NCBI GenBank assembly: GCA_000934665.2
Contig: KZ538048.1
Location: forward strand, 62,001 to 126,000
From: Catajapyx aquilonaris
Lineage: Eukaryota
Direction: 5' to 3'
DNA: 64,000 bases
In this document: positions 47,779 to 61,858 of the stretch, in pieces
How positions within the stretch are numbered: the stretch's first letter is position 1
Layout of the letters: the number at the start of each line of letters is the position of its first letter
Position numbers and translations under genes: made by a program
Notes under the pieces: model-generated
What the model was told of the DNA's origin: nothing
The model's input: only the letters and a program-made list of their open reading frames with translations
Databases searched by the model: none

Positions 47779-50700
47779 AACGCAACATTTTAATCCAAGA
47801 AAATATACATTTCTTATAAGTTATGACACGTTTGTTTGCCTCAGATCCTTAGATTAATCGATATGGGCAAGAGGAACGCGAGATGGACATGTTAATACGA
47901 TATTTCCTTCACAATATGGGATTGTGATTTTTGCATAAAAACTTGGAACTCTTGAAAACCAGAACACCAGCAGTAACGTCATTATCATGTCACTTGTTGA
48001 ATCTACCCTGGCTCTATTAGTCTATTGATCAGTTTTCACAATCAATCTCGACTTATACTTGTACATCGAGAAAAAAAATAAGCGTGGGATTTACTGCGTT
48101 AACTCTTTCTTTGCTATCCTGGCAAACCTGCTCCCCGGTAAACATGACAGTACTGCAGGGTTGCTCTTAAAAGGCGTAAATCGAACAGGGTTCTTACAAT
48201 ACAGAAAGCTCAGAGCACTGAATACATCCGCTTTATTAATACTAGGATGGGAGATTATAAGAGGATCTTATGTATTCTCGGTTATTTCATGGAGATTGTA
48301 GACTTTTCGCACAAATATTCATATTATATATGCTGTAAATATACTGTAGGCGAATATGATTCCCTAAACTAGGGTTACCGATTATTATGATTATTACCTG
48401 AAATTGACCAGAACTCTGAGCGGGTTGACTTTGAGTAATACCGTACCGTTTCAATGCTTCGAAACACAAGTGTCGGATTCTTAAATTCTGCTTCGATATA
48501 GGAGAGTGATTTTTGCAAAACCGTGAAAGGCTATGAGTGATTCTTTTCTATGATGGTGTTAAGTTTCTGTGGCCATGCAGTACATCAAAATACTAATGGA
48601 CGAATGTAACCATTCTGTAATAAATCACGTGGACCACTGGCTGGAAGACAGTAATGAGCCCTGATTATGTTTATTTTTATTTCCCTTCTACGTGAAGGTG
48701 AGCTACTACTCACTTTTCTTCATTTTCATTCAAATATAATTATGCAGGCTTTAAAAAGCAATCTACACACAGTAAAACAGTATATTACTGACAAAACAAT
48801 ACCTCCGGGCAGCAAGAGTATATCTGTTTCACTCAGCACCACGGTTGGAATCACTTCATCATTCTGTATATAAGAATAACACTGTATAAGCCATCCCACT
48901 GGCCGCAGGACACATGAATATCACTAGTTCTCCTCAAAACTCTCTCATTTTGGTATTATTCAGAAAAATTATGAGCCTCAGATGATTATAATCCCACCGA
49001 ATATTAAGCATAATAAGGAACGGCTTAGACTGACAATGCAGGTTCATCCAATAGACATGCCACTTTTATAAGCTTAGTTAGACATCAATGGGAATTAACG
49101 CGGCATAAAATCCTAATGCGATATTTTCCATTTGTTTGTTACTACCTACCACACAAGAGATGCTAAACAGAAGAGAATAATCGATGAGGAAAATCTGAGT
49201 GTAAGTACCGTTGCTTTTACCAGCTTATTCTTTGCTTGCTATGTATGTGTTGTGGCAACAACGGCTTGGATCGATCGCGAAGTAATTACAATTTCCCCGC
49301 TGAGAAGTGGTGCGTAGATGGCGCATTTAGCACCTACCGGATGTAATTGCAAACTTCTATTTATTTTCAAGCCCAAACCAACACGAGAGAATTTCGTTGG
49401 AGACAACGAATCCTTTGACTATTCCTTGTTTGCACCACAATCCAATCTACTCTCCGGATTATTGCTACTTTTTTTTTGAATGCATTTAGCATGTCCGTCC
49501 TTGCTTGTGACACACCCACTTAGCCTTGACGCATCACACTGCTGATGTGTGAACAATCGTCTATTCTTGGCAACAATTACCAAACGCATTGCACCAGTTG
49601 ACATTACATCAATTGAAAAACCCACACTTTCTCCACTAGTCATAGGGAAGTGTCGATGACCGTCGCTCTATTTAAAAACTTCCTGGCGTCATGGTCATCC
49701 CCATAAACCCTTTTGAAAATTCCCAGCCGGCAAGGTTGCTCACCTGTAAACCTGGCCCATGTCCCCCTCCACCCACACCAAGTGAGTCATACCAGCTGGA
49801 ACAGTTTCACCTGGTCCTTTTATTCCCAGTAGTCTGTATATATCCCCCTTCTTCCTCTCACCATGGCTGTGACGCCTTCCCTTGCTAACTAAACTGGGCT
49901 AATAGTCCCTGCTCCTAATTAGAGAGCTCTCGCTTTGCCCTCAATTTGCCAGACACCAGGACGAGATATCAGCACCGACACACCAGAGTTGTCCGATGAC
50001 TCCTTAGATAGTGCAAGTAATTGCAGGATCGTTCATTAGATCAGAGACGCACGTAGCAGGCGTTATATCACAGGGGGTTCGAGTTGAATTTTTATGCCAA
50101 ATTGTTTGTTCTTTGATTGCATACCTGATTTAATTGGTACCAATAGAAGGTACAAAAAGGCAGAGGACAGAATGTACGGGAGGTATAATTCAAGTGTTAG
50201 TGCGACCTGGTTGTTATTCATCGTCAGGTGAATGCGTGTTGCTAGTGTAACAGCCCATAAAACCACTCCTTAGTCAATAGTCACGTTTGTCGCATTAGGA
50301 ATGTCACCCTTCCAAGCGTGATGTGCGTGTTTGCTATATCTAGAAATTTTACTGTAGATGAACACGTATTCCGGTATTGTTTACTCTGTCTGGATATGAC
50401 AAAAGTGTTCCTAGTCAATTTTATTAATTATCCTTAGAAGCAGATCTTTAGAATCTATAATTATACTAAATCGCAGTTTATGGTATCATTTTTGACAGAA
50501 GGTCTTTGGGGCTATTATGCCCATAACATTGCCGCCAGCTACGTTACTGTAGAGTTGCATACGTGAGTGGTGATGCTGGAGACAGTTCCTCATTGTTATT
50601 GCATTGAAAGGAAGCATAATTCATAATGATGTTCACTGCATACTCGTAGTAGGCTATATGTGTCGCAAAGGTCAGCTCAGATTCGAGTTCACTCCTGTCT

Positions 50701-53700
50701 CATGCAAACTTGAACATCTAGGGGGATTTCCACCTATTCTAATATGAGCTGACTACTGAGACACCTGGTAGCCTACCTATATAGTATACTATGCGGTATA
50801 ATATTTCCAAGGAACATGACACTCTAGCAGCTGGTGGGTACTGAAATAGGAAGCACGACTTTTTAATCGAATATGACACCGAGGATGATCCTTGGCAATT
50901 GAGTTCACTTTTAAAAATAACTTCAACAAAATGTAATGTAATGCGACGTATTTCAACTTCCGTAAGCAAGCTTGTGAACATTTTCTGTAAAAATAGCAGC
51001 CTGAGGATCTATGCGTTAAAATGGGATGTGCAGATAACTATCTTTCGAGTTTAAAATGGCCTGTGTGAAATGCCCTATCGCATAATCATCAATTGACGAT
51101 GTAGGTCAAAATGATGGGCGATTCATCTACTGTATTTCCGGAAGACTTCTGGGTAAGTTTCTGCTTAGACACTGAAACTGAGTCAAAATGCGAATAAATC
51201 AAGCTACAATTTAATTAAGCGAATTAAATTAAATGCAAATCTAATTTTATACCTAGTTTCACACCTATTATTCTGCCGTCAGGCAATGCTGACGGTCGTT
51301 CATGGTGCTTTGGACATCGTGGAAACTTCCCGATAACATTGGCAATCTAGTTCAATTGATTGATAGTGCCAACAACTTTGCAAGCTATGACAATCCACCC
51401 GTTGTCGGACACAGCAGTTACCGAGTTCTGCTCCAATGAACCGATGCGGTCCAGACTGGCCTGAACTCTAACCGGAATAGGCTAGATTGTGCTAGACACA
51501 ATCACTACGATCTGTCCGAACATGATCACGTTTAGTTTTCAAGAGAGGCTTTCATATTTGACTTGTATACCCATTAAATGTCTGTTTAATACGTTCCGGT
51601 TACATGCTGCATGCAACCCTACTTGAATTGTGAGTAACTATGGATCGTCTGAACAAAAGGGCGCATACGCAGGGCATGAAACACTGAGATATTTATGAAA
51701 ATAGGATTTCAGCTAAGTCAGTCTTTCCGCTTACAGCAACAGAGCTGACATAAATAGTATTAAGGTGCATGGATGTAAAGGGTGTGAAGGATATACGATT
51801 TTCCCATATTACAGAAATGTGAACATTTAAAATTAATAGATTAATAAAATAATATTGTATGTAGTCAAGCGGATAGCTTTTTTCGCTTGGGGCCCAAATC
51901 TGGATGCAGTGGTGACATTCCACTTAGCATTTCCTTCGGGTCATGTTCCACTTAAACGAATCCCGGAATCACCGGCAACACTGCTGTGATACACCATTAC
52001 TATGCCAATGATGATTCCTATTCCTCAAAACATATGAGGAGCATTCATTAGTCTACTGTTTAGCAAGTCATACATATATTTTTTGGAAAGTCGGTCGAAT
52101 TTGAAGAAGTCCGGAAATGAGGCAAAATCAAATCAGTGGATGCAAGACTGGCAATGTACAATTCATAAGAATTCCAGGAAAACTCAGTGGATGCCGGAGA
52201 AATCCGACGAAGCGAGGAAATTCCGATTATTTTCTTCAGGGTGTAGGAAATTTGAAATATTAAGTGCCTCAATATTTTTAAAGGCTAGCAGGACGAAAGT
52301 TGAGAGTATAAGAAACATTGCTATGGACATACTGTAGGTTGGAGACACCACACCAGTGCATTAAATAGCCTACTCTGGCAAGAGACAATGCGTTAATACG
52401 CGAGGCTTTGAGTACATTCCATTAAACTGGCAGCTGCTTAGCTATCACTTTTAAGGGCAAGGAAAATTTCAGCCAAAGTCGGCTTTAAGCGGCCCTCGTA
52501 TCAGGAGTAGTCCTATAATCTATACGCTAATGCACGGTCTTGGGAAGATCCACTTGCTTATACACCCTCCTGCATAATATTTTGTTAAATCTTGCTCCGC
52601 TGTAGACAAATTCAATGTTCAATGCTGTATTACTTTTCTATGTCATGCAGGTCACGATTAATTCACCAATATGGTAGATTTTAATCACTAATTATATTAC
52701 CGTGTCGTTTTTGCCATTAATTACATTAATCAAAGTGAGCATGTAATCCATATAAATCAATGGAAACTGATTTGTATGCTTGATATTGTCAGTATTGATT
52801 ACTGCTTTTACTCTATGGTGGGGGAATTTTGACTTGGTTCACCTGGTATATATGAATGGTTACAATGAATATTATGATAGAATAAAATTTTGGCGAGACT
52901 CTTATGTCCACATAACCGAATTTGCGAGAAGAATGATATGAAACTAACAAGCTCATTGTTAGATTGTACGTGTATAATTTTCCAAATGTCATTGTAGCCG
53001 GGGTAGAGAAGAGGTATTTGCCACTTTGCTTATTTTCAGTTAGAATCGAAGCTTCTTACAGTACTTTCCTGTCCAATGCACATAATAGCTTGGATCAATG
53101 AGGTGGAAAGTACCTGCAAAACTGATATTGAAACTGACTGACTGTGATGTTCTTGAATTTTCCACTCTATTTGTCAGACATCCTTTGAAGTGTTCAGATG
53201 AAGTGTTGAAACAAGTGCTGCCATCTCCTAACAAAGTTAGTAACAACGTACTACTCCATATGCCAGTAGATGGCAACCAAATGCTCTCATGCCTCACAGC
53301 TCAGAGTTAATTACAATTTGCTTACACTGCATTAGTAATGACCGACACTAATAGGATCTCCGTGTTGACCACTATAGCTACTACACTCCTACTTTGTCAA
53401 CAAAATTACCACACATCCCCCAACAAACGTATTGCACGTTGATCCACCACTCCCACATTATTTAACCACCGGTTTTAAATTCAGTACCAGTCAATACATT
53501 AACTACAAATCCCATACCAGAACATACACAAAATTCAACAATACAGCTATTGGAAAGCGGCATCAGTCTTTTGAGAAAATCCGCTGGAGGGAGCAGTGTC
53601 CCCGATCCCTCGGCCTTTCCTTTTGCGGTCCATTCAGGCAAGAGTTCTTTGGAGACGCAACCGGTGTGTGGACGTAGCTGCAGCTTGCTGTTAGATCCGG

Positions 53701-56700
53701 ACTTTAGAACTATGTGAAGTTTGTGCCGGGAAAGCAGTGCACATCCGCAAGGGACACACGGTGATGGCATTCAACAAGTGTGAAAGAGGATGACTGTACT
53801 TTTCACCCCCCATTGATTCAGGACGTGTCATTATATTTACGGTAAGTAATGGAATTAATTAACAAAAAAATTTACACATTCTGACGGAAATATTGGTGAG
53901 TAGAGTTGAAAGAGAAAGCAGGACATGAATCGCACCTGAGTGGTGGATCTGAAGCTACAAAAAAAAAAAATGAAGGGTTGCGCTTTTGAGTGCAGTAAAT
54001 CTCAGCCCCGCCTTATAGGTGTGCGAACCGTAATTGTAATGTTAATTCATGCAAATCAAGACCGCCGGCTCGGATGGTGAGCCCACACAAACCAAACGGA
54101 GTTCGAGAGCCCTATCCTTCACTTGGACCAAAGGCTTGTTGAGCCAGTGTTCCACAACCTACATCCATGTCCCGGTTGATAAAATCGTAACCCACCACCA
54201 TCCCGGGATGGTGTGGGCGAAGCAAGAGTTTGCCAAGTGACCCCAAACGTCTAGTGCACTTTTGCCCATTGTTTATCGTGTAGAAAGGTGGGGTTTGTAT
54301 GATTACATTTTTGGTGGGGGACTATCTTAGCCATGAACTCGAATGGGTGCTATCTACTATCTTTGCTGAGATAATATGCGAATATTATAGAGTATGTAGA
54401 GAGCAATGATGGAAACTAAGGCTCTTGAGACATGCTGTAAACAACGTGGCCAATTAGGCATGCAACCAAATAAGGTCAGTGCTTGATCAAGTGCATTCCA
54501 TATGGAGGAGTGATGTCATACGGCAACAATGCTCGAGATTTTTACGGCGACCGTTTTCCCTCTCCATTGTGCAAGAAGAATGGAGCAATGGCGAGCAATG
54601 GTCCTCAGGAGCATTGCACTGACAGGCAATTGACGTCATGGCGAGCATGAACAAATGAGGTAATTAGAGTGTATATTTGGGATACCTCTGGTGACAATGG
54701 GCGTGCAGGGAACCATTAGCCCCGATCATAAATTCCTGGCTGTTTGCATCATCGTTATAACCTAGGTTATAACAGGGGCACTAGCCTTGCACGCGCCTAT
54801 TAAACTGCTGTAAATCGGTGTAGGCAGCATATCATATTGCACAGGCACGTGACAAAACGGAAGCGATGAAATGTGATTGACACTTCAATATTCCAGGGAA
54901 TGGGAAGCTCGGAGCGCGACTTTTTGGTCGCTGTCTCCGACGTCTGGAGACCTTAATAACCTACGTCGATCCGCTTGCCAGCTTTCTTCTATATATAATC
55001 TTTGCGGTTGTGGAGGAAGATGCTCTCACTCTGGCTCTGCTGACTCACGCAACAAAATATATACATACGCACATGCGTGCCCCCCTTTTCTTATCGGCCC
55101 TCAACTCTTCCATTGTACGTTCCCCTTTTTTCCCTAGAAGTGTTCCGTCATTTTGGTTGACGTACGTTCTTCGAGGGAACACTTCTCCTTGACCTCGTGG
55201 GTCCTAAGAAACCATTAAAGCAACTCGGCGAGTAGACACTTATTATTTTTCTTGGTTTGGCCCCCGGAGCTCTTCTGCGCATGGAATAAAACGTTCACAC
55301 CCAGCTTGTGTGTGACCACCGTGGATGACCCCATGAGCAGCACTCCAGGGCCTTGTGTGGCACTTAAAGCAAAGCAGGCATCCCCAGTTTGATCTGACCC
55401 AAGAAAAAGGGCTTCATCATGGCCCACCAAAAGCTGGAAGAGGTTCGGGTCAAAAGGATAAGTGAGAAGAAACGACGCCTCCAGTTCTGTTCAGCTGACA
55501 GGGACCAGAAAACGCATGTTTTTTCTCACCATCCTTGGGGGCGAGGGGTGACAAGCGTGCGCTACTGTCAAGATGTCACCTAACGTAAGGACGATTCTTT
55601 ACATGCCTTTCAACTTGATGACACCGATTAGGTAAGGGCGTCTTGCCTCCCATGTTCCATCAGCTGAGTTCTTCGATCCCAATGACATTAGGGGGTACCA
55701 GAGGCAGCTCGAGGAAACTGGAGCAGAAGGAGCTGGCAACATTCACGCCAGTTGCTGTCTCCGGAAACAAGGGCAGCTGCGCTTGCCATCACCCTCTCAG
55801 ACGACCTCATCATCATCTCCATCATCCTAGGGTCCTACCCCAGCAGCCATTTTTGGAAGATGCAACACCTAGGGGGTGAATGAGAAAAGGGGGGCAGTGG
55901 TGACCAGGGGGGTCTTTTTGACCTTCTTTGTGCGACACAGCCGGAAAGGTGAGGGACCCGACCGCACGGTTTGATACAAAAAAAAAGAGGACCCAGACAG
56001 AGGACATTATAACACGTGCGAGTTGTGGACGTGATCTTCAATCAGGAAGCTCCCTTTTCCTTATTAGTCGCGACGATATGCATCGGTAGTTTGGTACCGA
56101 AGCTTGTTTTTTCCCTTGTGGACCATTGTGACTGCGCAGCAAGGAAGCTGGGAATCAGCAACTTGCAGTACGCACATGCTTTATGTATCCATTTCAGAAT
56201 ATATGTCGGCCATAACACCACCCATAAAACCTGTCACCGTGGCTACATGCCACCACTTGCATGACAGCAATACCAAGTACCTTTTTTTGTGACTGACTCG
56301 GTATACACGTCTCCTGTTACACGACGTCGGAACCCTTCCTCACCTTTTGCAAGGCTGCAAGTAGCTGGCAAGCAGATGGTGTAGTATGGCGGTGTCGTTT
56401 TATGCAGCAAACATTATCGCGACAGTGTCGTATTAATCAGCCGTACTTTACATTTCCTCGTGTTATAGCAGCCTTGGCATTCCACAGCCTCTCCAGCAGC
56501 ATTTTTTATAGCTCTCCCACTGTTAGCTACCTTGGCAGGATTGACTATTCAACTGGCAGAGGTATATCCATAATAGTAGTCGAGTCATTTGTATGCAGTT
56601 TAGTGCTTCAGTGTTATGCAGGATGGGATTAAATAATTTCTTATTATGACGACATATACACACAAAGACATGTAATCTTGTTTGTGAATTGTCTCGATAA

Positions 56701-57090
56701 TTTTAATCCTTTATGCTTTATATCAGCCGGAATGATTCATCCTAAACAATCGCAATTTTCTTGATAGCACATTATTCCACGGTATCATGTTAAGAGCTGA
56801 AAAAGTAGTTTGAAGATAACAAGGGGGTGATTCTAAATCCCGATCAGTTATCTCATTTTACATCAAAATCTGGTCCACTTCCTACCATGTAATTTGCACA
56901 AACTTGTGATTATATAAGTCGATTGCAGTACGCCAGCCTGTTTTTTTAACGGCTGGTAGTATTGCAAACAATAGGGTAATAATAAGCATGACTTTCCTCG
57001 CACACGCTATTCACTGTATGTAGCACCTGCCAACCTGGTATGTGTAAATGCGCAGTGTTTCTGCAATCCGATACTGCATTCGTCATTGTT

Positions 57091-57440
57091 AGTGGTGTAT
57101 GAGACGGCGAACGAGAGGCTGGGTCGAAGTCATGAAGGAAGAGGGTTCCTCAGGTTCGGAGGGGACGTCGGCCTCCCGTAGATGAAGATGGACGGCCAAA
57201 GAGAGAAGAGACGCCCACTAGCACAAGACTTGGAGGGGAAAACATCCGGACGACCAGAACTGGATTTTGACTGTTGGAAAAATCCGGCAACATGGTAACA
57301 GACCAAGGGCACAGTAATTGCAATCATGGACCACTTCATCGCACTGTGCTAGGGGAGAGTCTGATGTCGTCTTAAAGAGAGCATTGACATGATACCGTTT
57401 CGAGTCTATACATACACACCCTTTGTTGGTGGCAGACAAG
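57091..57440 (+). other. Candidate 5'-UTR exon of PHLDB
   Basis: Purine/GC-richer block ending in a good donor AAG|GTGAGC, upstream of the PHLDB ATG exon. That exon begins with an acceptor, so an upstream exon must exist. The 5' boundary is a guess. Confidence 0.25.
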
Positions 57441-57687
57441 GTGAGCCCTTAGAATATTCGCTTTCAAGGGTACGGTACCACTTCATTATGTTTTAACGGT
57501 CGTGAATCCCCCGTTAATTAGGGATTAATTAAGTGAACAAGTGGGTGTGCGCGTGAGAAATCCGCACGAAGCATTTCTCAACTTGGGGAACATGCTTAAA
57601 ATTTTCCACACGGCCAAGAAAAGGGATTCCACCGAATGTATTGCGTGAGCATGTCGAAAGGAAAATGCCTTACCCATCGTATATATA

Positions 57688-57840
57688 GAGGGTGATTCTA
57701 AAGGTTGTGCACAAACTTAAAATGTGTATAGAGGGGTCGTAATAGGAACTCGTGTTCTCCCAGTCTATTCCAAAGTTGGTTTATTCCCACCCCTATATAT
57801 ACACTCCTTAAGTTTGCGCACAACCTTTTGAATAACTCTG
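57688..57840. mobile_element. Tc1/mariner-type MITE
   Basis: ~50-bp imperfect TIRs GAGGGTGATTCTAAAGGTTGTGCACAAACTTAA / TTAAGTTTGCGCACAACCTTTTGAATAACTCTG, flanked by TA. Confidence 0.8.
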
Positions 57841-60151
57841 TATACTGCTCACTGAGCTGTTGCTCAGCATAATAATATTGTGTGTAAATGAAGCCAACAA
57901 GATGCATCAACAGGAGCTAAGAAAAAAGTACTCCATTCGAAGGACTTTGATCTCTGATTCTGCCTTATGGGTGTAGAGTTCACGACCCCAACAGTTGGCA
58001 CTTGCACTGCCGCCAGAACGACACTTAGACCTGTAATAGTAGTCGAGAGTGCAGCAAAGGCCACTTTTTGAGATGTAATTGGATCGCCTTTCCTGGACTT
58101 CTTTTTTATGCCCATACAATCACTATTTTATGGGCGAGGCTTTTACTGTGCCACTGGACCTGTGTAAGCACCGCCACCTTCTCAGACCCAGTTTGGCCAC
58201 TGCTTCACACACAGCATAACAATAAGTGTAAAATATTTTCTCCGTCGAAACCCATCCTCCCCTTCTTAGCTGACTATCAGTTAGAGTGGCAGTGGGCGGA
58301 TATATTTGTAGTGTTTGGTAGGGAAGTGAGGATACAAAAAAAAATATGGGGGGGTTGTCATGATGTGGATTTACAGGTGCGGGTTGGCCCTTACATTCAT
58401 TTACCTTTCCGCATCGGTAACAAACTACGCCCAACCTTGTCCGGAGCCCGGACTCTTAATGGACGGGCCACAACACACCCCTTCAGACTGGATTCTTTAG
58501 AGTTTATCGAGTAGAAGGAGAGGCTGAGGGGTAGAGAAATGCCACACGTGCCCGGCCGTCCAAAAGGGGATGCAAATGTCACTCGATATGCTGGAAAAAC
58601 GACACCCACGATGTGTAGAAAACCTGTTTACCTTTGTCAGGTGCAGTTTGACTGCAGAAGGTTGAACGTGCGAATGGTCCAGTGTACGGATTGTGTTAGG
58701 AGCCAGCACGTTTCTAAGGTATTCTTAAAATAGGCTATATGACTGTTTGTTTTTACCGGGCCTTCTTTTTAAAAATATTTGTATGAATGTTTATGCCAGG
58801 CCTCTTTGGGCAGGGTAAGGGTTCACGGAACTCCCGGTTCGTTAGGGTGACTGAGCTTTTGTGATGGGTGAATTAGCACGTTGGACTTTAGGATTGTTTA
58901 AAAAAAAAATTGATTGTGAACAGGAACCTCTAGAGTTTGAAGTTTTTGTTCCGAAGTCAGCTTATAGAGTAGTCCCAAGAGAGGCGAGAGAAAAAGGTGA
59001 AGGCAATTCGTCCTCGCTAGTGCTACCCCACCTTAGATTCAATCCTTAACCTACTGTACCTGGCCTTTTAGGGAGTGGTGTCCCAGAAAGGCGGGCGGGC
59101 TTATTTGTTTGCCCCTTTTTTATATACTTTTTGGTAAATACAGCTACTCACCAGTCGAAGGACGAGCAGCAATGTTTATTAATCGCGCCGTTTTTTTGCG
59201 GTATTATATTATGTCAACTTTCCTTTCGGTAAAAATTCCGTCTGGAAACATATTTAGCCATATCCTCATGTTGTAATTTGCATTTGTATTCCGGATGTCT
59301 GCCTAGTGTGCCTGTGTGCGGCCTTGAAGGCCGTGAGAGAGACGAAGGAGTAACTTCCACACTTGCCATCTAACTTTTGCAGAACCATCCTGGGTAGTAA
59401 AAAACATAGTCACGCCATATCATATGATGCAGCAGTTCACTGTTCACTCTCTCTGTGCCAGTTGTGATTGGGTTGAGCAACCATGACTGCCCCCCCCCCC
59501 CCTTTTTTTTTCTCTGCAAACCCTGATGTCGAACAGAAGCCCAATAAAGCCTAATAATAGGCGATACAGTATTATGGTGCGTGTCTATGTGGCCTTCAGT
59601 AAAAGTCCGATACCTGTCGCTATTGGGTAAAACGGGTGCATGACAAGCCATGCAGCCATCAAGATACTCTTCCATCTACAAACATGTGTAAGGTTCATTT
59701 GCATATTTATGAGAACCTTTTGGCAGGTACACAACCTCAGCTGTGTATAACATCACTGACCTCAAGACTATCCTGTACTGTATTAGCAAGTGAAAGTGAA
59801 CTGTGCATTTCTTATCCTATGACAGCATGTGACCAATATGCCTCTATTGTTCACCAGATTGTATAAGTTCCAGGGGAAAAAGGTTGTCACTTTCAAAATG
59901 AGATGGCTACATCTGTTATTTTAGAGAATTTGTAAAATAATTTGTACCGTACATTTTTGGCATGTTACACATTATTGTATCTTAGAATCGTTATAGCTGA
60001 GGCTGACTACAGGTCCATCTTTAAATAGCTGGTATATTGCAAATAACACCCTCCGAAAAAGGGGGGGGGGGTGGCCATGGCTTGCGTGGGAAGACTGCCA
60101 AAAACGACAATACTGAAACCTAACCATCTGACTTAATTTTCAGGAGGCAAT

Positions 60152-60317
60152 ATGGCTGAGGTAATTAGCAGCGACATGGAGGAAGCCTCTGTCAGGGAGC
60201 GCTTAAAAGTGACCGAAGCTGGAAACGCCCTGAAGGTCCAAACCAGTCATCCCCATTTGGTCAGCATGGGCAGTGGACGACTCAGCACTGCGGTCACAAT
60301 TCATCCGCTACAAGAAG
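60152..60317 (+). CDS. PHLDB: Pleckstrin homology-like domain family B (PHLDB/LL5) first coding exon, leading into the N-terminal FHA domain
   Basis: LKVTEAGNALKVQTSHPHLVSMGSGRLSTAVTIHPLQEG matches the PHLDB1 N-terminus as I recall it (LKVQTDKPHLVSLGSGRLSTAITLLPLEEG). Acceptor TTTTCAG at 60143 and phase-1 donor AAG|GTAAGC. The next exon was not found in the window. Confidence 0.9.
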
Positions 60318-61609
60318 GTAAGCCGTGGCACCACCACTCCTCAGACTCCCCACTGCTATATCCTTCTGTTGCGCCGACTTCTTGCGCATGCTTTCTGACT
60401 CGAATATACCTGTGTGGCAACATATCTGTTGTCTGGCATGCATAATAATTGCCTTTGCTTATGTAGTTGTAGTACTCCAGGCCCACTTACCATACGCCCC
60501 ATATTTAGACTGGATCATAATATTCACAGCATGTTGTATAGGTTTGATGATGCAGTAGCAGGGTGGTCAGTAATTCCTTCGCTTATTTTAAGACTTTTAT
60601 AGGAAAACCCTCGCTCCGCTCGCTCTTTTCTAGGCCTGCGGCTTGGGGTACCTATTCGGCGCACCATGTCGCCGGGGGGAGGGTGTAACGTTAGCCCTCC
60701 AGCAGTCTTAGAATGGCCCGATTAGTGAGAAGTGAGAATATGTCTGTCCTGTGTCTGTCGTTCCATAAAGGGAACTGACTATGTAAACAACTTCACAGTA
60801 GTGCCAACTGGGCAACAATACAGAGAAGGAATGGACAATTTCCCCGGCAACCCAACAGAGGGGTTGTTTACACCGCATAGCGCATAAGTAGAACGCGGGC
60901 CAATGGGGAGATGGCGGTAACAATATGCGGCGGACCAATCAGAGGGCTCGGCCAACTCCCGCAAGGATTTTAATATTATATATATTAAAATTCGAGGATT
61001 AATTGGGGCGTGCCACGGAAATAGGACTAGGCATCTGACAAGCATTTGGATAGGCGCCACTATGCTAAAAGTGATGAAGTGTACCGATATGGGTATCAAC
61101 TGTGAGGGATTTTCTTTTTTTTTTGAGGAGAAATTATTTTTTTAGCCAACAATGCCGCGACATTTTTCAGTGTCGGAGGGTAGGAGCAGTTCCACGGGAC
61201 ACCGGTACCACTCGGACAAAAACCGGCTGAACTCTAAATTGCTAGTTCTGGTCTAAGGAAGGACCAGAAACTTCAAGCACTTAGTAGCCACAGCCGCATT
61301 AGGTCTGATACATAACAGATTCAGCGGATGTTGTTTTTTGTTGGCAACAATTAGTGAGCAATGAATCATCTTTCATGTCCTTAAAAAAAGTATCGGTCTT
61401 CTTTCAATATGAGCAAGGTATTTGATGACATCGACGTAAAAATGACTATAATAACTGCGTTATAAATAGGTTGAAGGCTCAATATTGCTGGAGGATAATA
61501 TCATTACAATATTGAGCAAAAGGAATCATAAAACCCACTCCAGATAATTTCGAGAGTGAACTAATTATTTCTGACTGCTGATATTAAATTAGATGGAGGT
61601 ATCCTTACA

Positions 61610-61858
61610 GTCCCTTAATTGCTATATCCTTACATAACAGATTGGGATACTTGGAACTGGAACTTCAATCTTGTCAAGGGGTGAATCCTCATTTTTAAAA
61701 GAACCTAATATGCAGTGATGAACATGGATGATTCTGTAGAATAACCAATAAAACTCATACGTATAACATCCTGCATTTTTGTACATTAAAAAATAATCTC
61801 GGAGGGGTAGTTCACCCTGTCGTAACTTTTCCCAGCTGTGAAATGAATTTGAGAACAT
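61610..61858 (-). pseudogene. Degenerate non-LTR retrotransposon reverse-transcriptase fragment
   Basis: FSNSF...LRQGELPL..YFLMY resembles the GxRQGxPLSPxLFxLY motif. About 50 codons downstream, a frameshifted LLCKDIAI resembles LLYADDIAI. Confidence 0.4.

Noticed and set aside
48027..48050. bantam-like miRNA (minus strand CGAGATTGATTGTGAAAACTGAT)
   Set aside because: The seed region differs from bantam and the flanks do not form a pre-miRNA hairpin beyond ~6 bp. Likely chance.
54754..54773. Perfect 20-bp palindrome GTTATAACCTAGGTTATAAC
   Set aside because: Isolated, with no context suggesting a function.
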